This document shows, one piece after another, positions 37,306-51,662 of a stretch of 64,000 bases of DNA. Source of the DNA: Candidatus Micrarchaeia archaeon (GTDB lineage Archaea; Micrarchaeota; Micrarchaeia; Burarchaeales; Fermentimicrarchaeaceae). The position numbers and the translations under genes were made by a program. The stretch spans positions 160,001-224,000 of the forward strand of contig JAVZHX010000001.1 of NCBI GenBank assembly GCA_038871515.1, given 5' to 3'. Numbering within the stretch: the first letter of the stretch is position 1; each line of letters opens with the position of its first letter. The notes beneath the pieces are model-generated. The model did not search any database. It saw only the letters and a list, made by a program, of their open reading frames with translations, and was not told the DNA's origin.

Positions 37306-37881
37306 ATGAAAGTTGGTGTTATTGCATTTCAGGGAGCTGTCAGCGAGCATATGGAGAAGGTTGATTTCCTGCTTGGAAAAGGAAGCGCAGTTGCTGTGAG
37401 AAAAGCGGATGATTTGAAAGAAGTTTCAGCGGTTATAATACCTGGTGGGGAATCAACAACAATTGGGAAGTTGATGAGAAACTCTGGGGTATTTGAGAGA
37501 GCGAAGAAATTGGGGGAGGAGGGTGTTCCTATCTGGGGAACGTGCGCCGGAATGATTCTGCTTGCGAAGGAAGGGGATGAGCAGGTTAGGAGAGTTGGGG
37601 GGTTGCTTGGTTTGATGCAGATGAAGGTTAGGAGGAATGCTTTTGGAAGACAGAGGGAGTCTTTTGAGGAGGAGCTTGAGGTGAAAGGAATTGGGAGGTT
37701 TCCTTGCATTTTCATAAGGGCGCCTGCTGCTGAGAGAGTTTACGGAAAGTGCAAAGCAATTGCAACTTTTAAGGAGTTTGTGGTTGCGGCTGAGCAGGAG
37801 AACCTTCTTGCGACAGCATTCCATCCGGAGCTAACTGATGATCTGAGGTTTCACGAGTATTTTCTCAGCAGAATAAGTTAA
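37306..37881 (+). CDS. pdxT: PLP synthase glutaminase subunit
   Basis: PGGESTT, GTCAGMI, RNAFGRQ, FIRAP, FHPE. Confidence 0.97.
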   Translation: MKVGVIAFQGAVSEHMEKVDFLLGKGSAVAVRKADDLKEVSAVIIPGGESTTIGKLMRNSGVFERAKKLGEEGVPIWGTCAGMILLAKEGDEQVRRVGGLLGLMQMKVRRNAFGRQRESFEEELEVKGIGRFPCIFIRAPAAERVYGKCKAIATFKEFVVAAEQENLLATAFHPELTDDLRFHEYFLSRIS

Positions 37882-37932
37882 AGTTTTTAAATCTGTTCGC
37901 CGAAAGAAATTTGTTCAAAAGGAGGTGTGTGA

Positions 37933-38154
37933 ATGGCAGAGTTAACCCCGATAGAGCAGATTGTCCTCAAAGCATTGCAGGATATTGGAGCAAGCGATGA
38001 AACAAAAATGAAAACAGCTGATGACATACAGAAGAAGTGCAACAGGCCGAAAGGGCAGGTGAACAATGCTCTGATGAGCCTTGTTAACAAAGGAGTTGTT
38101 ATAAGGAAAGTTAGGGAGAAGGCTGCTGGCTATTACCTTGCGAAAACAGGTTGA
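37933..38154 (+). CDS. Small winged-helix protein
   Basis: wHTH pattern, GGAGGTG SD. Confidence 0.65.
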   Translation: MAELTPIEQIVLKALQDIGASDETKMKTADDIQKKCNRPKGQVNNALMSLVNKGVVIRKVREKAAGYYLAKTG

Positions 38155-38156
38155 GC

Positions 38157-39527
38157 ATGAAAGCGATAGTTGTTGGTGCTGGCCCTGCAGGGCTTTTCTG
38201 CGCATACGAGCTTGCAAAAGCTGGCGTGAAAGCAGTTGTGGTGGAGAGCGGGAGCAGTATAGAGAAAAGAAAATGCCCAATGAAGAGAATGGGTTACTGC
38301 GTTAAGTGCAATCCCTGCAACCTAATTCATGGGGTTGGTGGAGCTGGCTTGTTCTCAGATGGAAAGCTGAATTTAGATCCGAGAATAGGGGGGGATATGC
38401 TTCAGTTTATGACGGAGGATGAGGCGAGGAGGTTGATTGACTATGTTGATAGAGTTTTCAGTGAGCATGGAGCTGAGGGAGAGAGAAATGTGGTTGATGA
38501 AAGAGCTGAGGAGCTGATGAGAAAGGCAAAGATGGGTGGAGTCAGGTTTGTTCCAATTGTTCAGAGGCATATTGGCTCGGATAGGCTGCCTGGAGTGATT
38601 GCATCATTGAAAAGCTATTTGGAAGCGTTGGGAGTTGAATTCATTCTGAACAGGGAAGTTAAGGAGATTATTGTAAAAAATGGGGCTGTGAGCGGAGTTG
38701 TGGCTGGAAGAGAGGTTATAAAGGGGAATTTTGTGGTGCTTGCTACAGGGAGAGGAGGGGCGCAGTGGCTTGCTAGGAAGTGCATGCAGCTTGGCATCCC
38801 AACGCAGTATCAACCGCTTGACATCGGTGTTAGAGTTGAGGTGCCTGCTGAGATAATGAAACCAGTTACCGATTTATTCTGGGATCCGAAGTTTTACATA
38901 CAGACAACTCAGTATGATGATTTTGTGAGAACATTCTGCACCTGCCCAAATGGTTTTGTGATTTCGGAAAGTTATAATGATTTCATCTGCACAAACGGCC
39001 ATTCAATGGCATCTGTTAAATCTGAAAACACAAACTTCGCACTTCTTGTGAGAGTTGCTTTAACGCACCCAGTTGAGAATACAACTCAGTATGGAGAGTC
39101 TGTGGGGAGAATTGCATCAACAATTGGAGGAGGAAGGCCTATACTGCAGAGGCTTGGGGATTTGAGGGCTGGCAGAAGATCTACGTGGGAGAGGATAAAG
39201 AGAAGCTATGTGAAACCAACGTTCACGTATGTTACGCCTGGAGATGTGAGCATGGCTCTCCCTGGAAGAGTGATGGTTGATTTAAGGGAGGGTTTGGAGA
39301 TGCTGAATAAGGTTATACCTGGAGTTGCTGAGGATTCAACTCTCCTTTACGCACCGGAGATAAAGTTTCATGCGCTGAAAGTTGCTGTGAGCAGGCAGAT
39401 GGAGACGAATGTGAGAAATTTATTTGCTGTTGGTGACGGAGCAGGGGTTTCAAGGGGGATAATTGGTGCTGCTCTGAGCGGAATTGTTGCCGCAAGGGAG
39501 ATAATTAAGAGGTGTAGGCATGGATGA
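38157..39527 (+). CDS. NAD(P)/FAD-dependent oxidoreductase
   Basis: GAGPAG, GGAGLFSDGK, HIGSD, GDGAG. Confidence 0.9.
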   Translation: MKAIVVGAGPAGLFCAYELAKAGVKAVVVESGSSIEKRKCPMKRMGYCVKCNPCNLIHGVGGAGLFSDGKLNLDPRIGGDMLQFMTEDEARRLIDYVDRVFSEHGAEGERNVVDERAEELMRKAKMGGVRFVPIVQRHIGSDRLPGVIASLKSYLEALGVEFILNREVKEIIVKNGAVSGVVAGREVIKGNFVVLATGRGGAQWLARKCMQLGIPTQYQPLDIGVRVEVPAEIMKPVTDLFWDPKFYIQTTQYDDFVRTFCTCPNGFVISESYNDFICTNGHSMASVKSENTNFALLVRVALTHPVENTTQYGESVGRIASTIGGGRPILQRLGDLRAGRRSTWERIKRSYVKPTFTYVTPGDVSMALPGRVMVDLREGLEMLNKVIPGVAEDSTLLYAPEIKFHALKVAVSRQMETNVRNLFAVGDGAGVSRGIIGAALSGIVAAREIIKRCRHG

Positions 39528-39954
39528 GATAGTTTTTTCTGCGAAGTATAAGGATTGGGTTTCAATAAAGAAGATGGAGATTGATGAGAGAACAACAGCT
39601 CCGGAAGTTGTGCATATGCTTGCGAATATTGGTGAATCAGTTTCAAGAAAAGCGTTTGAGCTCAGCGGAGTGGACAGAGCAAGGATAGACGAGTATGTTG
39701 AAAAAATTGCAAAGGGAAAGAGGAAAGGGTATTCAACTCTGTCGGAAGTTTTTGGCGGGCTGAAGCAGAACGAAGTCAGAGAGGTTCTCCTCTCAGCTTC
39801 AAACGAGCAGCTTCTTCCGATTGCAGAAGCTTATTTTATTAGAAAGTTGCTGACAAGCTTGGGTTATGAATTAGAAGTGGGAACGGAGATGATTTCAAAA
39901 ATCTATCCCGAGCTGAAGCTTCCAAAGCCAAAAGGAAGGTTCAAAAAAGGTTGA
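39520..39954 (+). CDS. Conserved archaeal protein (DUF2666-like)
   Basis: FSAKYKDWVSIKK...YPELKLPK. Confidence 0.65.
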   Translation: MDEIVFSAKYKDWVSIKKMEIDERTTAPEVVHMLANIGESVSRKAFELSGVDRARIDEYVEKIAKGKRKGYSTLSEVFGGLKQNEVREVLLSASNEQLLPIAEAYFIRKLLTSLGYELEVGTEMISKIYPELKLPKPKGRFKKG

Positions 39955-39959
39955 GCAGC

Positions 39960-40460
39960 ATGAAGAAGTTCATTTACATTCTTTTCATTCTCCTCCTTCT
40001 TTTGTTCATTTGGTTGAGCTTGCAGGGCAACTACAGAGTTGGGGAGGAGTGGATGAGGGAGAGAAGCAAGTTAATCACGCTCAGCCCATTCTTCAAGCAG
40101 GAGTGGGTGAAATTGAAATGCGATACAGAAATCAACAGATCGGTTGCACAGGTTTTGCATATTGTTGATGGCTTGTGCGTGGAGGAGATGAAAGGGGAGC
40201 AGTACGAAAAGATGAGAAAGCCTTTCCTCTGCACTTCTGAGGATGCGAAAAAGATAGATGAGGCTGTGAGAAGAAAGAATGACTGCACATTTCCGCTCGG
40301 CAACCCGCTTGATGAAAAAACAAAAAATTACTTTGCGTTTGTGCTTGTGTGCGTTGCTGATTTGACTAACTGGAGTTACGTTGGTGGAGCCTGCCCTGTT
40401 GGGTACCCGCAGAGCCTTGTTTATGTGGTGGTTGACGAAGGAGGGAGTGTTTACTACTGA
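39960..40460 (+). CDS. Secreted/membrane-anchored Cys-rich hypothetical protein
   Basis: N-terminal signal/TM, six Cys. Confidence 0.6.
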   Translation: MKKFIYILFILLLLLFIWLSLQGNYRVGEEWMRERSKLITLSPFFKQEWVKLKCDTEINRSVAQVLHIVDGLCVEEMKGEQYEKMRKPFLCTSEDAKKIDEAVRRKNDCTFPLGNPLDEKTKNYFAFVLVCVADLTNWSYVGGACPVGYPQSLVYVVVDEGGSVYY

Positions 40461-40502
40461 CAGCAAGGTATATAATTTTAAGATAGTTAAAAGTAATGCC
40501 AC

Positions 40503-40575
40503 GGGGGGATGTGCTAGCCTGGTATGCTTCGGGGTTTGGGACCCCGCGACCCGAGTTCAAATCTCGGTCCCCCCA
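40503..40575 (+). tRNA. tRNA-Pro(TGG)
   Basis: GGGGGGA/TCCCCCC acceptor, CGGGG-TTTGGGA-CCCCG anticodon arm. Confidence 0.95.
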
Positions 40576-40590
40576 CTGAATGGTGCAAAA

Positions 40591-41811
40591 ATGATTCCTG
40601 ACAACGAAATTGAGAAAATAAGGGCGGACTTTCCAATTCTGGTTAAGGGAATGGGAGGGAAGCCGGTCATATACTTTGACAATGCGTGCATGAGCCTCAG
40701 ACCTAAGCAGGTCGTGCAGGCAATGAACCAGTATTACGAAGAATACCCCGCATGCGCAGGCAGGAGCATGCACAAGCTAGGAAGAATGGTGACTGACAAG
40801 GTCGCGGAGGCAAGAAAAACTGTCGCAAAATTTCTTGGAGCAGGAAAGGCTGAAGAGGTGATATTCACCAGGAATGCAACAGAGGGAATAAACCTCGTGG
40901 CTCATTCTCTGAATTTCAAGAAGGATGATGTTGTTCTTACAAGCGACAGGGAGCATAACTCCAATCTGCTTCCTTGGCAGCTCCTTTCGAAGAGAGTGGG
41001 GGTAAAGCATCGTGTGATCCCTTCGAAAGGTAACACGGAGTTTGACTTGGAGAAGTTCAAAGAAATGGTGAAAGAAAGGGTGAAGCTGGTTTCAATCGTG
41101 CACTCATCCAATCTGGATGGATACACACTCCCTGCAGCTGAAATAATAAAAATAGCACATGAGCACGGCTCCCTGGTGCTTCTTGATGGCGCTCAATCTG
41201 CTCCCCATAAGCGGATAGATGTGAGAAAGCTGGGTGCTGATTTCTTCGTGCTGTCCGGACATAAAATGCTCGGTCCTTCTGGGATAGGCGCTTTGTATGG
41301 AAAGTACGAGCTTCTTGATAGGATGGAGCCATTTATGGTCGGGGGCGACACTGTTCAGAATGCTACGTATGACTCATATGTCCTGCTGAAACCTCCTGAG
41401 AAGTTTGAGGCAGGGCTGCAGAACTATGCAGGAAGCATTGGGCTTGCAGAGGCAGCGCGCTATCTTGAAAGGGTTGGGAGGGAGAGAATTGAGAAGCATG
41501 AAAACGAACTCAATAGGTTAATCAGCGAGAAACTGCTGGAAATAAGGGGAGTGAGCATCCTGGGTCCTAAGGAAGCGGAAAAAAGAGGTGGGATTGTCTC
41601 TTTCAACATAGAGGGAATAAACCACCACGAGGTGGCGGTTATGCTGGATGAGTACAACATAATGGTGCGTTCTGGGCAGCACTGCGTACACTCATGGTTC
41701 AACGCGCATAATATCGCCGGATCCGTGAGGGCATCATTTTATTTGTATAACACAAAAGAGGAAGCTGAGAAATTCGTAAGCGCAGTTGCGGAAATTGCAA
41801 AGTTGAGGTGA
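40591..41811 (+). CDS. sufS: Cysteine desulfurase (SufS-like)
   Basis: YFDNA, EHNSN, DGAQS, SGHKMLGP, RSGQHC, RASFYLYN. Confidence 0.88.
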   Translation: MIPDNEIEKIRADFPILVKGMGGKPVIYFDNACMSLRPKQVVQAMNQYYEEYPACAGRSMHKLGRMVTDKVAEARKTVAKFLGAGKAEEVIFTRNATEGINLVAHSLNFKKDDVVLTSDREHNSNLLPWQLLSKRVGVKHRVIPSKGNTEFDLEKFKEMVKERVKLVSIVHSSNLDGYTLPAAEIIKIAHEHGSLVLLDGAQSAPHKRIDVRKLGADFFVLSGHKMLGPSGIGALYGKYELLDRMEPFMVGGDTVQNATYDSYVLLKPPEKFEAGLQNYAGSIGLAEAARYLERVGRERIEKHENELNRLISEKLLEIRGVSILGPKEAEKRGGIVSFNIEGINHHEVAVMLDEYNIMVRSGQHCVHSWFNAHNIAGSVRASFYLYNTKEEAEKFVSAVAEIAKLR

Positions 41812-41815
41812 GCCA

Positions 41816-42472
41816 ATGATTTTATGTCTTGTCGCGATGGTGGTATTTGGCGTTTTGGGGATATTCTCGGCAAAATACAGGGAGCTTGCGAGAGAGGCTT
41901 TTGGATGCTTCTTCAAGACAATCCAACTTAAACCATGCGATAGTAAGCTGGATCAGAAGATAAAATCTACATCCATTGCAAAGCTCATGAGATATTCGCC
42001 TAGTCTGGCAAAGTTCACTTACAAGAATTTCGCGGTTCTTTCATGGGTTTTCAGCATCCTATTCTTCGCCAGTCTCGCCTACTCGGCCTACTCGGTATAT
42101 AACCTCATTGCTTATGGAAGCTGCAACCCCGGAGGATTCTGCATATTCAACCCTGGAGGCAATGTAACAAATAACAACGTGTGCAATATAACTGGAAAGT
42201 TCATTGAGTTCTATGGGCAGGAGTGCCCGCACTGCCAGAAAATGATACCCATTGTAGCGCAGGTTGAGAATGAGACGGGAGTTAAATTTGAGAAGCTTGA
42301 GATTTGGCACAATGATACCAACAAGAATATCTATATTACATACGCTGAGTACATAAACAGGGACTGCGGCTCGCTTGGCATACCGGCATTCGTTGGCTTG
42401 AAAACAAACAGGTCAATATGCGGGGAGAAGAGCGCAGATGAGCTGAAGAAGTTCATGATTGAGAATGGCTAG
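41816..42472 (+). CDS. Membrane-anchored thioredoxin-fold protein
   Basis: Two TM segments, then EFYGQECPHC...GIPAF. Confidence 0.75.
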   Translation: MILCLVAMVVFGVLGIFSAKYRELAREAFGCFFKTIQLKPCDSKLDQKIKSTSIAKLMRYSPSLAKFTYKNFAVLSWVFSILFFASLAYSAYSVYNLIAYGSCNPGGFCIFNPGGNVTNNNVCNITGKFIEFYGQECPHCQKMIPIVAQVENETGVKFEKLEIWHNDTNKNIYITYAEYINRDCGSLGIPAFVGLKTNRSICGEKSADELKKFMIENG

Positions 42473-42912
42473 GTTTCCAAGCTTCTGCGCATTATATAGA
42501 ATCCCTCTCCATTCTTCTCTACCTCTTTTCTGAAAACAAATCCATGTTTCTCATAAAATTGTATTGCGTTTGTGTTGCTTCTCTTCACTTTTAAGTAAAC
42601 CAACGTTATCCCTCTCTCCCTTGCAAGCTCAGTTGCTTTTGAGAGGAGAGCGCTGCCAACTCCTTTTCCTCGGAACCCCTCCTCAACAGCAAGCCCCATC
42701 ACTTTTGCTCTCCCTGTTTTTATTTTCACATCAACAAACCCAACAATGCTTCCCTCAGCAACCGCAACAATGTATAAACAGCCCTTTGAAATTCTCTCCT
42801 GAATTTTTGAGGGAGTCATTCTCATATACGGAAAGTGCTTGTTGGTGATTTCAGCTATTTTCTCAAAATCATTTTCATTTGCAATTCTTATCAGAGGTTG
42901 CAGGGGAGACAC
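42469..42912 (-). CDS. GNAT acetyltransferase (RimI-like); start approximate
   Basis: LAVEEGFRGKGVGSALL, NTNAIQFYEKHGF. Confidence 0.85.
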   Translation of the reverse strand: MSPLQPLIRIANENDFEKIAEITNKHFPYMRMTPSKIQERISKGCLYIVAVAEGSIVGFVDVKIKTGRAKVMGLAVEEGFRGKGVGSALLSKATELARERGITLVYLKVKRSNTNAIQFYEKHGFVFRKEVEKNGEGFYIMRRSLET

Positions 42913-42950
42913 CTCAAAGCTTTTAAGAGTGAATTTGTATAAGTGAGCAC

Positions 42951-43508
42951 ATGGATATAAAGCATATCTCCCAGGGAATTGCGATGGGGTTGATGGATGG
43001 GTTGATAACAATACTTGGGATTATAATTGGGGTTGGTGCGGCAACAAGCGATTCAAGAGTTGTTATAATTTCTGGTTTGATTGGCGGAATTTCAAACAGC
43101 TTTGGGACGTCAATTGGTTTTTACACCTCTGAGAATGCTGAGAGGGGGCAGCAGATTGCGTTCTACAAAAAGAAAAGCGCAAGAAGTGATTTGAAATATA
43201 TTCACTCCTCATCAGAAATAATTGGAAGCACGGTGCTGAGCTTTCTTGCTGGTGTTGTTGCGCATACGCTTCCAATCATTCCATTCTTCCTTTTCCCCAG
43301 TGTATACGTGGGTATGATTGGCTCTTTGATTATCTCAATTGCCATGTTATTTCTGCTTGGGTATTACATTGGAAAGATGAATGAAACAAACGGAATGAGA
43401 AGTGGGGTAAGATATATACTTCTTGGAGTTGCAAGCGCTGTTGTTGCTTTTGCTTTGGGAGAGCTTTTGAAGCACATAATTATGGAGGGAAAGCTTGAAA
43501 TTCTTTAG
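42951..43508 (+). CDS. VIT1/CCC1 family transporter
   Basis: GLMDGLITILG, FYTSENAE, five TM. Confidence 0.85.
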   Translation: MDIKHISQGIAMGLMDGLITILGIIIGVGAATSDSRVVIISGLIGGISNSFGTSIGFYTSENAERGQQIAFYKKKSARSDLKYIHSSSEIIGSTVLSFLAGVVAHTLPIIPFFLFPSVYVGMIGSLIISIAMLFLLGYYIGKMNETNGMRSGVRYILLGVASAVVAFALGELLKHIIMEGKLEIL

Positions 43509-43556
43509 ATGAGTTTGCGATAGTTTTTTAAAAAGATTGCATAAAAAAACTACTGC

Positions 43557-44111
43557 ATGGAAAACATGGTGCCAAAGAAATTATTTCTTACAAAGGGAGT
43601 TGGTAAGGATAGGGATCCTCTTTCTGCTTTTGAACGGGCGTTGAAGGATGCTGGGATTGAGAAGTGCAATCTTGTGAACGTCTCAAGCATACTTCCGCCT
43701 AACTGCGAGATAATCCCAAGGGAGAAAGGAGTTGAGCTTCTCAAGCCGGGGCAGATAACATTTGTTGTGATGAGCAGAAACTCGTCAAACGAGCCAAACA
43801 GATTAATCGCAGCTTCAATTGGAGTTGCAATTCCAACAGACAGGAACCAGTATGGTTATCTGAGCGAGTATCACTCTTACGGGGAAACAGATGAGAAAGC
43901 TGGGGAGAAAGCAGAGGATATTGCGGCGTGTATGCTCGCTTCAACACTGGGAATAGACTTTGATATAAATAAAAGCTGGGATGAGAGGGAGGAGCTTTTC
44001 AAGATGAGCGGAAAGATTGTTAAGACAAGAAACATCGCCCAGTCTGCAATTGTTGATAAAGATGGGATGTGGATGACTGTTATCGCAGCAGCAGTTCTTC
44101 TTCTTGACTGA
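43557..44111 (+). CDS. pdaD: Pyruvoyl-dependent arginine decarboxylase
   Basis: [25 protein letters not shown]. Confidence 0.93.
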   Translation: MENMVPKKLFLTKGVGKDRDPLSAFERALKDAGIEKCNLVNVSSILPPNCEIIPREKGVELLKPGQITFVVMSRNSSNEPNRLIAASIGVAIPTDRNQYGYLSEYHSYGETDEKAGEKAEDIAACMLASTLGIDFDINKSWDEREELFKMSGKIVKTRNIAQSAIVDKDGMWMTVIAAAVLLLD

Positions 44112-44128
44112 TTGTTTATTGTATTGCT

Positions 44129-46318
44129 CTAATCCATGAAATCCTGCGGTGTTGGTGGCTCAGGCTTCTCCCCCTTCCTCTCCCTTATCTGAGCAACAAT
44201 CTTGCTCTGCAAATCCCTTGGAAGTTTTTCATAACCAGCGTATTCATAATACCAGATTGCCCTTCCCTGAGTTGCGCTTCTTATATCATTTGAGAAGCCA
44301 AACATATCCGCAACAGGCACCTTTGAGGTGAGCGTCACGATATCCTCATCCTGCTGTATGTTGAGAATCTGTCCTCTTCTTGCCTGAACCTGAGCGATAA
44401 TCTGCCCCATATAATCCTGTGGTGCCTGTATAAGCAGTTTCTGCTTCGGCTCAAGGAGCACTGTTCCCGCCATAAGCATCGCTGCGTATATTGGCCTTTT
44501 TATTGCAGGTATTATCTGCGCAGGCCCTCTGTGCACAGGGTCCTCGTGAATAAGCGCATCAACTATTTTCACTTTCACCCCAGTCACCTTCTCCTTTGCA
44601 AGCGGTCCAAGATTCATTGCTTCCTCAAACCCCTGTATAAGCAGCTCCATAACCTCATTCATATACTGAATACCCCTTGTCATATCAATCAAAACGCATC
44701 TGTTGAAAACATCCTTCACATTCTTCGCTTCCTCCCTCTCCATCCCACCCTCAACAAAAACATCAACAAGCGTTTTTCCTTTTGGCTTCCCCTCTGGAAT
44801 TTCCCCTTCAAGCATCTTGTTGTAAACTCCCTCCTCAAGCGGTTCAACTGTCACTTTGAATCTGTTGTGCTTGTTTGGTGACTTTCCCTCCACGGGACCA
44901 GCGGGAGAAGTTATTGTTTCCCTGTAAACAACAATCGGCTGGGATGTTTCTATCTCCACTCCTTTTTCCTTGGAAATTTTGTACTCAATTATCTCAAGGT
45001 GCAGCTCTCCCATTCCAGAAAGTAGATGCTCCCCAGTCTCCTGGTTTATTTCAACTTTTATTGTGGGGTCCTCCTTCGCCAACCTTCTCAAAACTTCAAC
45101 AAGCTTCACCAAATCCTTCGTGTTCTTCGCTTCAATTGATTTGGTTACAACTGGTTCAGAATAATGCTTTATCTGCTCAAAAGGCTCTATTTTCTCCTCA
45201 CTTACTGTTTCTCCAACGTATAAATCGTGCAACCCAATCACGGCAGCTATGTTGCCAGCTGGAACCTCCTCAGCAGTCACCCTGTCAGGCCCCATATAAA
45301 TTCCAACCTGCTGTATTTTCTCCGACTTGAATTTTGAGGCAATATAAACTTCCGCTCCTTTCTTCACTGTCCCTGAGAAAACTCTCCCTATTCCAACCTC
45401 CCCAGCATGCTCATCAACAGCAACTCCAAAAATCACCATGCATATTTTTCCTTTAGGATCGCACTCAAGCATTGCTTTTCCTGATGGGCTTGAAACATCT
45501 CCTTTCCATATGACAGGTATTCTGTACTTCTGGGCTTGCGCTGGGTTTGGAAGGTGCCTCACAGCCATCTCCAGTATAACCTCATCTACAGGTGCTTTTG
45601 AAACAAGAGTTTTATGATCCTCCTTTGCGCAACAGTCGTATATGTCTTTGAAGGTTAACTTCGTTTTCTGCATTGTTGGGAAGCTAAGAGCCCACTTATG
45701 ATAAGCTGAGCCGAATGCAACATTCCCTTTCTCAACTTTTATGAACCACTCATCTCTGAATTCTTTGGGAGCGTAGTTCGCTATTAATTTATTCACGGAA
45801 TCAATTATCTTTATCAGCCTGTTCTGCATGTCCTGTGGCGTGAGCTTAAGCTCATTTATCAATCTATCTATTTTGTTAACAAACAGAACTGGTTTAGCCT
45901 TCTCCTTCATCGCCTGTCTTAAAACAGTTTCAGTCTGAGGCATTATTCCCTCAACGGAGTCAACCACCAAAACAACCCCATCAACAGCTCTCATCGCCCT
46001 TGTCACATGCCCCCCAAAGTCAACATGCCCAGGAGTGTCAATCAAGTTAATCAAATAATCCTTCCCCTCATACTCAAAACCCAAGGAAATATTTGCTGCC
46101 TTTATTGTGATCCCTCTTGCCTGCTCCAGCTCCTCAAAATCAAGCATTCTCTGCTGTCCAGCAAGCTCCTTTGAGATGAGCCCGGCGCGCGCAACAAGTG
46201 AATCTGAAAGAGTTGTTTTTCCATGGTCAACATGCGCAACTATCGCCATGTTCCTTATGTACTCGGGTTTATACATGAGCTTTTGAACTTCCTCAACAAC
46301 AAACTCCTTTCTAACCAT
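44129..46318 (-). CDS. fusA: Elongation factor aEF-2
   Basis: [37 protein letters not shown]. Confidence 0.98.
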   Translation of the reverse strand: MVRKEFVVEEVQKLMYKPEYIRNMAIVAHVDHGKTTLSDSLVARAGLISKELAGQQRMLDFEELEQARGITIKAANISLGFEYEGKDYLINLIDTPGHVDFGGHVTRAMRAVDGVVLVVDSVEGIMPQTETVLRQAMKEKAKPVLFVNKIDRLINELKLTPQDMQNRLIKIIDSVNKLIANYAPKEFRDEWFIKVEKGNVAFGSAYHKWALSFPTMQKTKLTFKDIYDCCAKEDHKTLVSKAPVDEVILEMAVRHLPNPAQAQKYRIPVIWKGDVSSPSGKAMLECDPKGKICMVIFGVAVDEHAGEVGIGRVFSGTVKKGAEVYIASKFKSEKIQQVGIYMGPDRVTAEEVPAGNIAAVIGLHDLYVGETVSEEKIEPFEQIKHYSEPVVTKSIEAKNTKDLVKLVEVLRRLAKEDPTIKVEINQETGEHLLSGMGELHLEIIEYKISKEKGVEIETSQPIVVYRETITSPAGPVEGKSPNKHNRFKVTVEPLEEGVYNKMLEGEIPEGKPKGKTLVDVFVEGGMEREEAKNVKDVFNRCVLIDMTRGIQYMNEVMELLIQGFEEAMNLGPLAKEKVTGVKVKIVDALIHEDPVHRGPAQIIPAIKRPIYAAMLMAGTVLLEPKQKLLIQAPQDYMGQIIAQVQARRGQILNIQQDEDIVTLTSKVPVADMFGFSNDIRSATQGRAIWYYEYAGYEKLPRDLQSKIVAQIRERKGEKPEPPTPQDFMD

Positions 46319-46332
46319 AGAACCACCAAAAG

Positions 46333-46935
46333 TTACCTTGCGCTCCTCGCCATTCTTTCTGTTTCATCTTTCTTCTTTATCGCATAGCTGTTCTGGTCAT
46401 TCTTCGCAGCAAGCATTATCTCATCTGCAAGCGCTTGAGAAAGAGTTTTCTTCTTATCAAATGAACCTATTATTGCAGCCATACTGATGTTTCTCAGCGC
46501 CATATCCAACCTTCTGCTTGCAGAAACATCAACAGCAACTTGATAGGAAACTCCTCCGTACTGAACCCTTGTCGTATCCTCCCTTGGCGCGGTATTCTGA
46601 ATCGCATCAACAAGAACCTGAAGTGGGTTTGCTTTTGTGTTTTTTGCAACCATCTCAAGCGCTTCCTCAACAATTTTCATCGCTTTGAACTTCTTTCCCT
46701 GCAGCCTTCCATGAGTTCTTATAATTTTTCCAGAAGTTTTCTCCCCAGTTCCTCCCCTCATCAGTTTGTTAACAAGCCTCTCAACAATATTTACTTTCAT
46801 CTTCTCAAACTGCTTCTTTCCATGCCTTCCGTGAGAGTGTGGTATAAAAACTGGTTTCAAGTCTATGTATCTCTTCAAGCTTGGGTCGGTTACCTGCACT
46901 TCCGATACATCGTACTTGCCAAAAAGTTTCTCCAT
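46333..46935 (-). CDS. rps7: Ribosomal protein S7
   Basis: PREDTTR, C-terminal ERMARSAR. Confidence 0.97.
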   Translation of the reverse strand: MEKLFGKYDVSEVQVTDPSLKRYIDLKPVFIPHSHGRHGKKQFEKMKVNIVERLVNKLMRGGTGEKTSGKIIRTHGRLQGKKFKAMKIVEEALEMVAKNTKANPLQVLVDAIQNTAPREDTTRVQYGGVSYQVAVDVSASRRLDMALRNISMAAIIGSFDKKKTLSQALADEIMLAAKNDQNSYAIKKKDETERMARSAR

Positions 46936-46940
46936 TCAAA

Positions 46941-47369
46941 CTACCTCTTGGGCTTCTCCTTCTTCCCAACTCGTATATCCTCAAGCGGAACTCCGTTAAC
47001 TGCAACAACCTTGTGCCTCACTCCGGGGATTGAACCCATCTGCCCTCTCTGGGAGCCTCCCAAACCCTCAACTGTTACCTCATCGTGCTCATCAATAAAG
47101 CTTATCGCTCCATCCTTTGGCGCAAAAGCAGTGATTATCTTACCGCTTTTTATGAGCTGAACTCTAACACATTTTATCAAACCAGAATGAGGTTGCTTCT
47201 GTTCCAGTGCTTTTTTCTCAAGCACAATTCCCTTTGCCTGAGGTGCTCCTTCAAGTGGGTCATACTTCTCCTTCAACCTAAGCTTCCTCCTCTTCCAGGT
47301 TTTCTTCAACCATCTCATTCTCTTTCTTTTCCTTTTCAAATCCCTTCCTGCAAACTCCCCTCTACCCAT
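46941..47369 (-). CDS. rps12: Ribosomal protein S12
   Basis: [20 protein letters not shown]. Confidence 0.97.
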   Translation of the reverse strand: MGRGEFAGRDLKRKRKRMRWLKKTWKRRKLRLKEKYDPLEGAPQAKGIVLEKKALEQKQPHSGLIKCVRVQLIKSGKIITAFAPKDGAISFIDEHDEVTVEGLGGSQRGQMGSIPGVRHKVVAVNGVPLEDIRVGKKEKPKR

Positions 47370-47378
47370 AATCACACC

Positions 47379-47795
47379 TTACACAAGCTTTACATCCATA
47401 TTGAAGTATCTCTGCATAAGCATCCTCGCCATTTTAATTCTCTCGCCATTTCTCCCTATTGCAGCACCTCTGTCATTCGGGTCAACGCTTATTTGAACTG
47501 CCTTTCTACCTTCCTCCCCTTCAATTTTGAGGTTTTTTATTTCAACAGCAGAAAATATATTCTTTACGAATCGCTCAGGTTCATCCGCATGCTCAACTAC
47601 TTCAATTCTCTTTTTGAACGCATTTCTCGCTCTCATTATCGCGCTTCCCCCTTTTCCTATTGCCTTCCCAACTTCCCCTTCGCTTACAATGAAAACAATG
47701 CTGTCTTTCTCCAGCACACAGTCTCTCACTGATGCACCAGTGAGCTGCTGGAAGAGGGAGATGCATTTTATTTCATCGTTTGTCAACTTCACCAA
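47379..47795 (-). CDS. nusA: Archaeal NusA
   Basis: Two KH motifs AIGKGG, AIGRNG; conserved position. Confidence 0.95.
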   Translation of the reverse strand: MVKLTNDEIKCISLFQQLTGASVRDCVLEKDSIVFIVSEGEVGKAIGKGGSAIMRARNAFKKRIEVVEHADEPERFVKNIFSAVEIKNLKIEGEEGRKAVQISVDPNDRGAAIGRNGERIKMARMLMQRYFNMDVKLV

Positions 47796-47799
47796 TGAA

Positions 47800-48099
47800 T
47801 CACTTCACAAGCTCCAGGATGTTTGAGTTCCCAGGGTCGTGTATGCTCAGCGCAGAAATCGAGAATGGCTTTCCGCATACCGAGCCCAGTTCCATGGAAG
47901 TTCCATTGAACTCATAAACCTGCGTTTTTGATAACTTACAATAATATGTAATATCTTCCTTAAATTTCTTTGGGCAGTTCTTTGCAACAATTATCAAACG
48001 AGCTTCCCCGCTGTAGGCAAGCTTCAGCGCGCTTTTCACTCCAAACTCAACCTTTCCGCTGTCCACAGCCATCCTTATCGCTTTGTTCACATCCGCCAT
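47800..48099 (-). CDS. rpl30e: Ribosomal protein L30e
   Basis: ELGSVCGKPF, DPGNSNIL. Confidence 0.95.
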   Translation of the reverse strand: MADVNKAIRMAVDSGKVEFGVKSALKLAYSGEARLIIVAKNCPKKFKEDITYYCKLSKTQVYEFNGTSMELGSVCGKPFSISALSIHDPGNSNILELVK

Positions 48100-48103
48100 A
48101 GAA

Positions 48104-51658
<3,555 letters not shown>

Positions 51659-51662
<4 letters not shown>

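Noticed and set aside
44129..46318. Possible diphthamide-less EF-2 or inteins in EF-2/RNAP
   Set aside because: The HRG histidine is present and lengths are normal with no insertions
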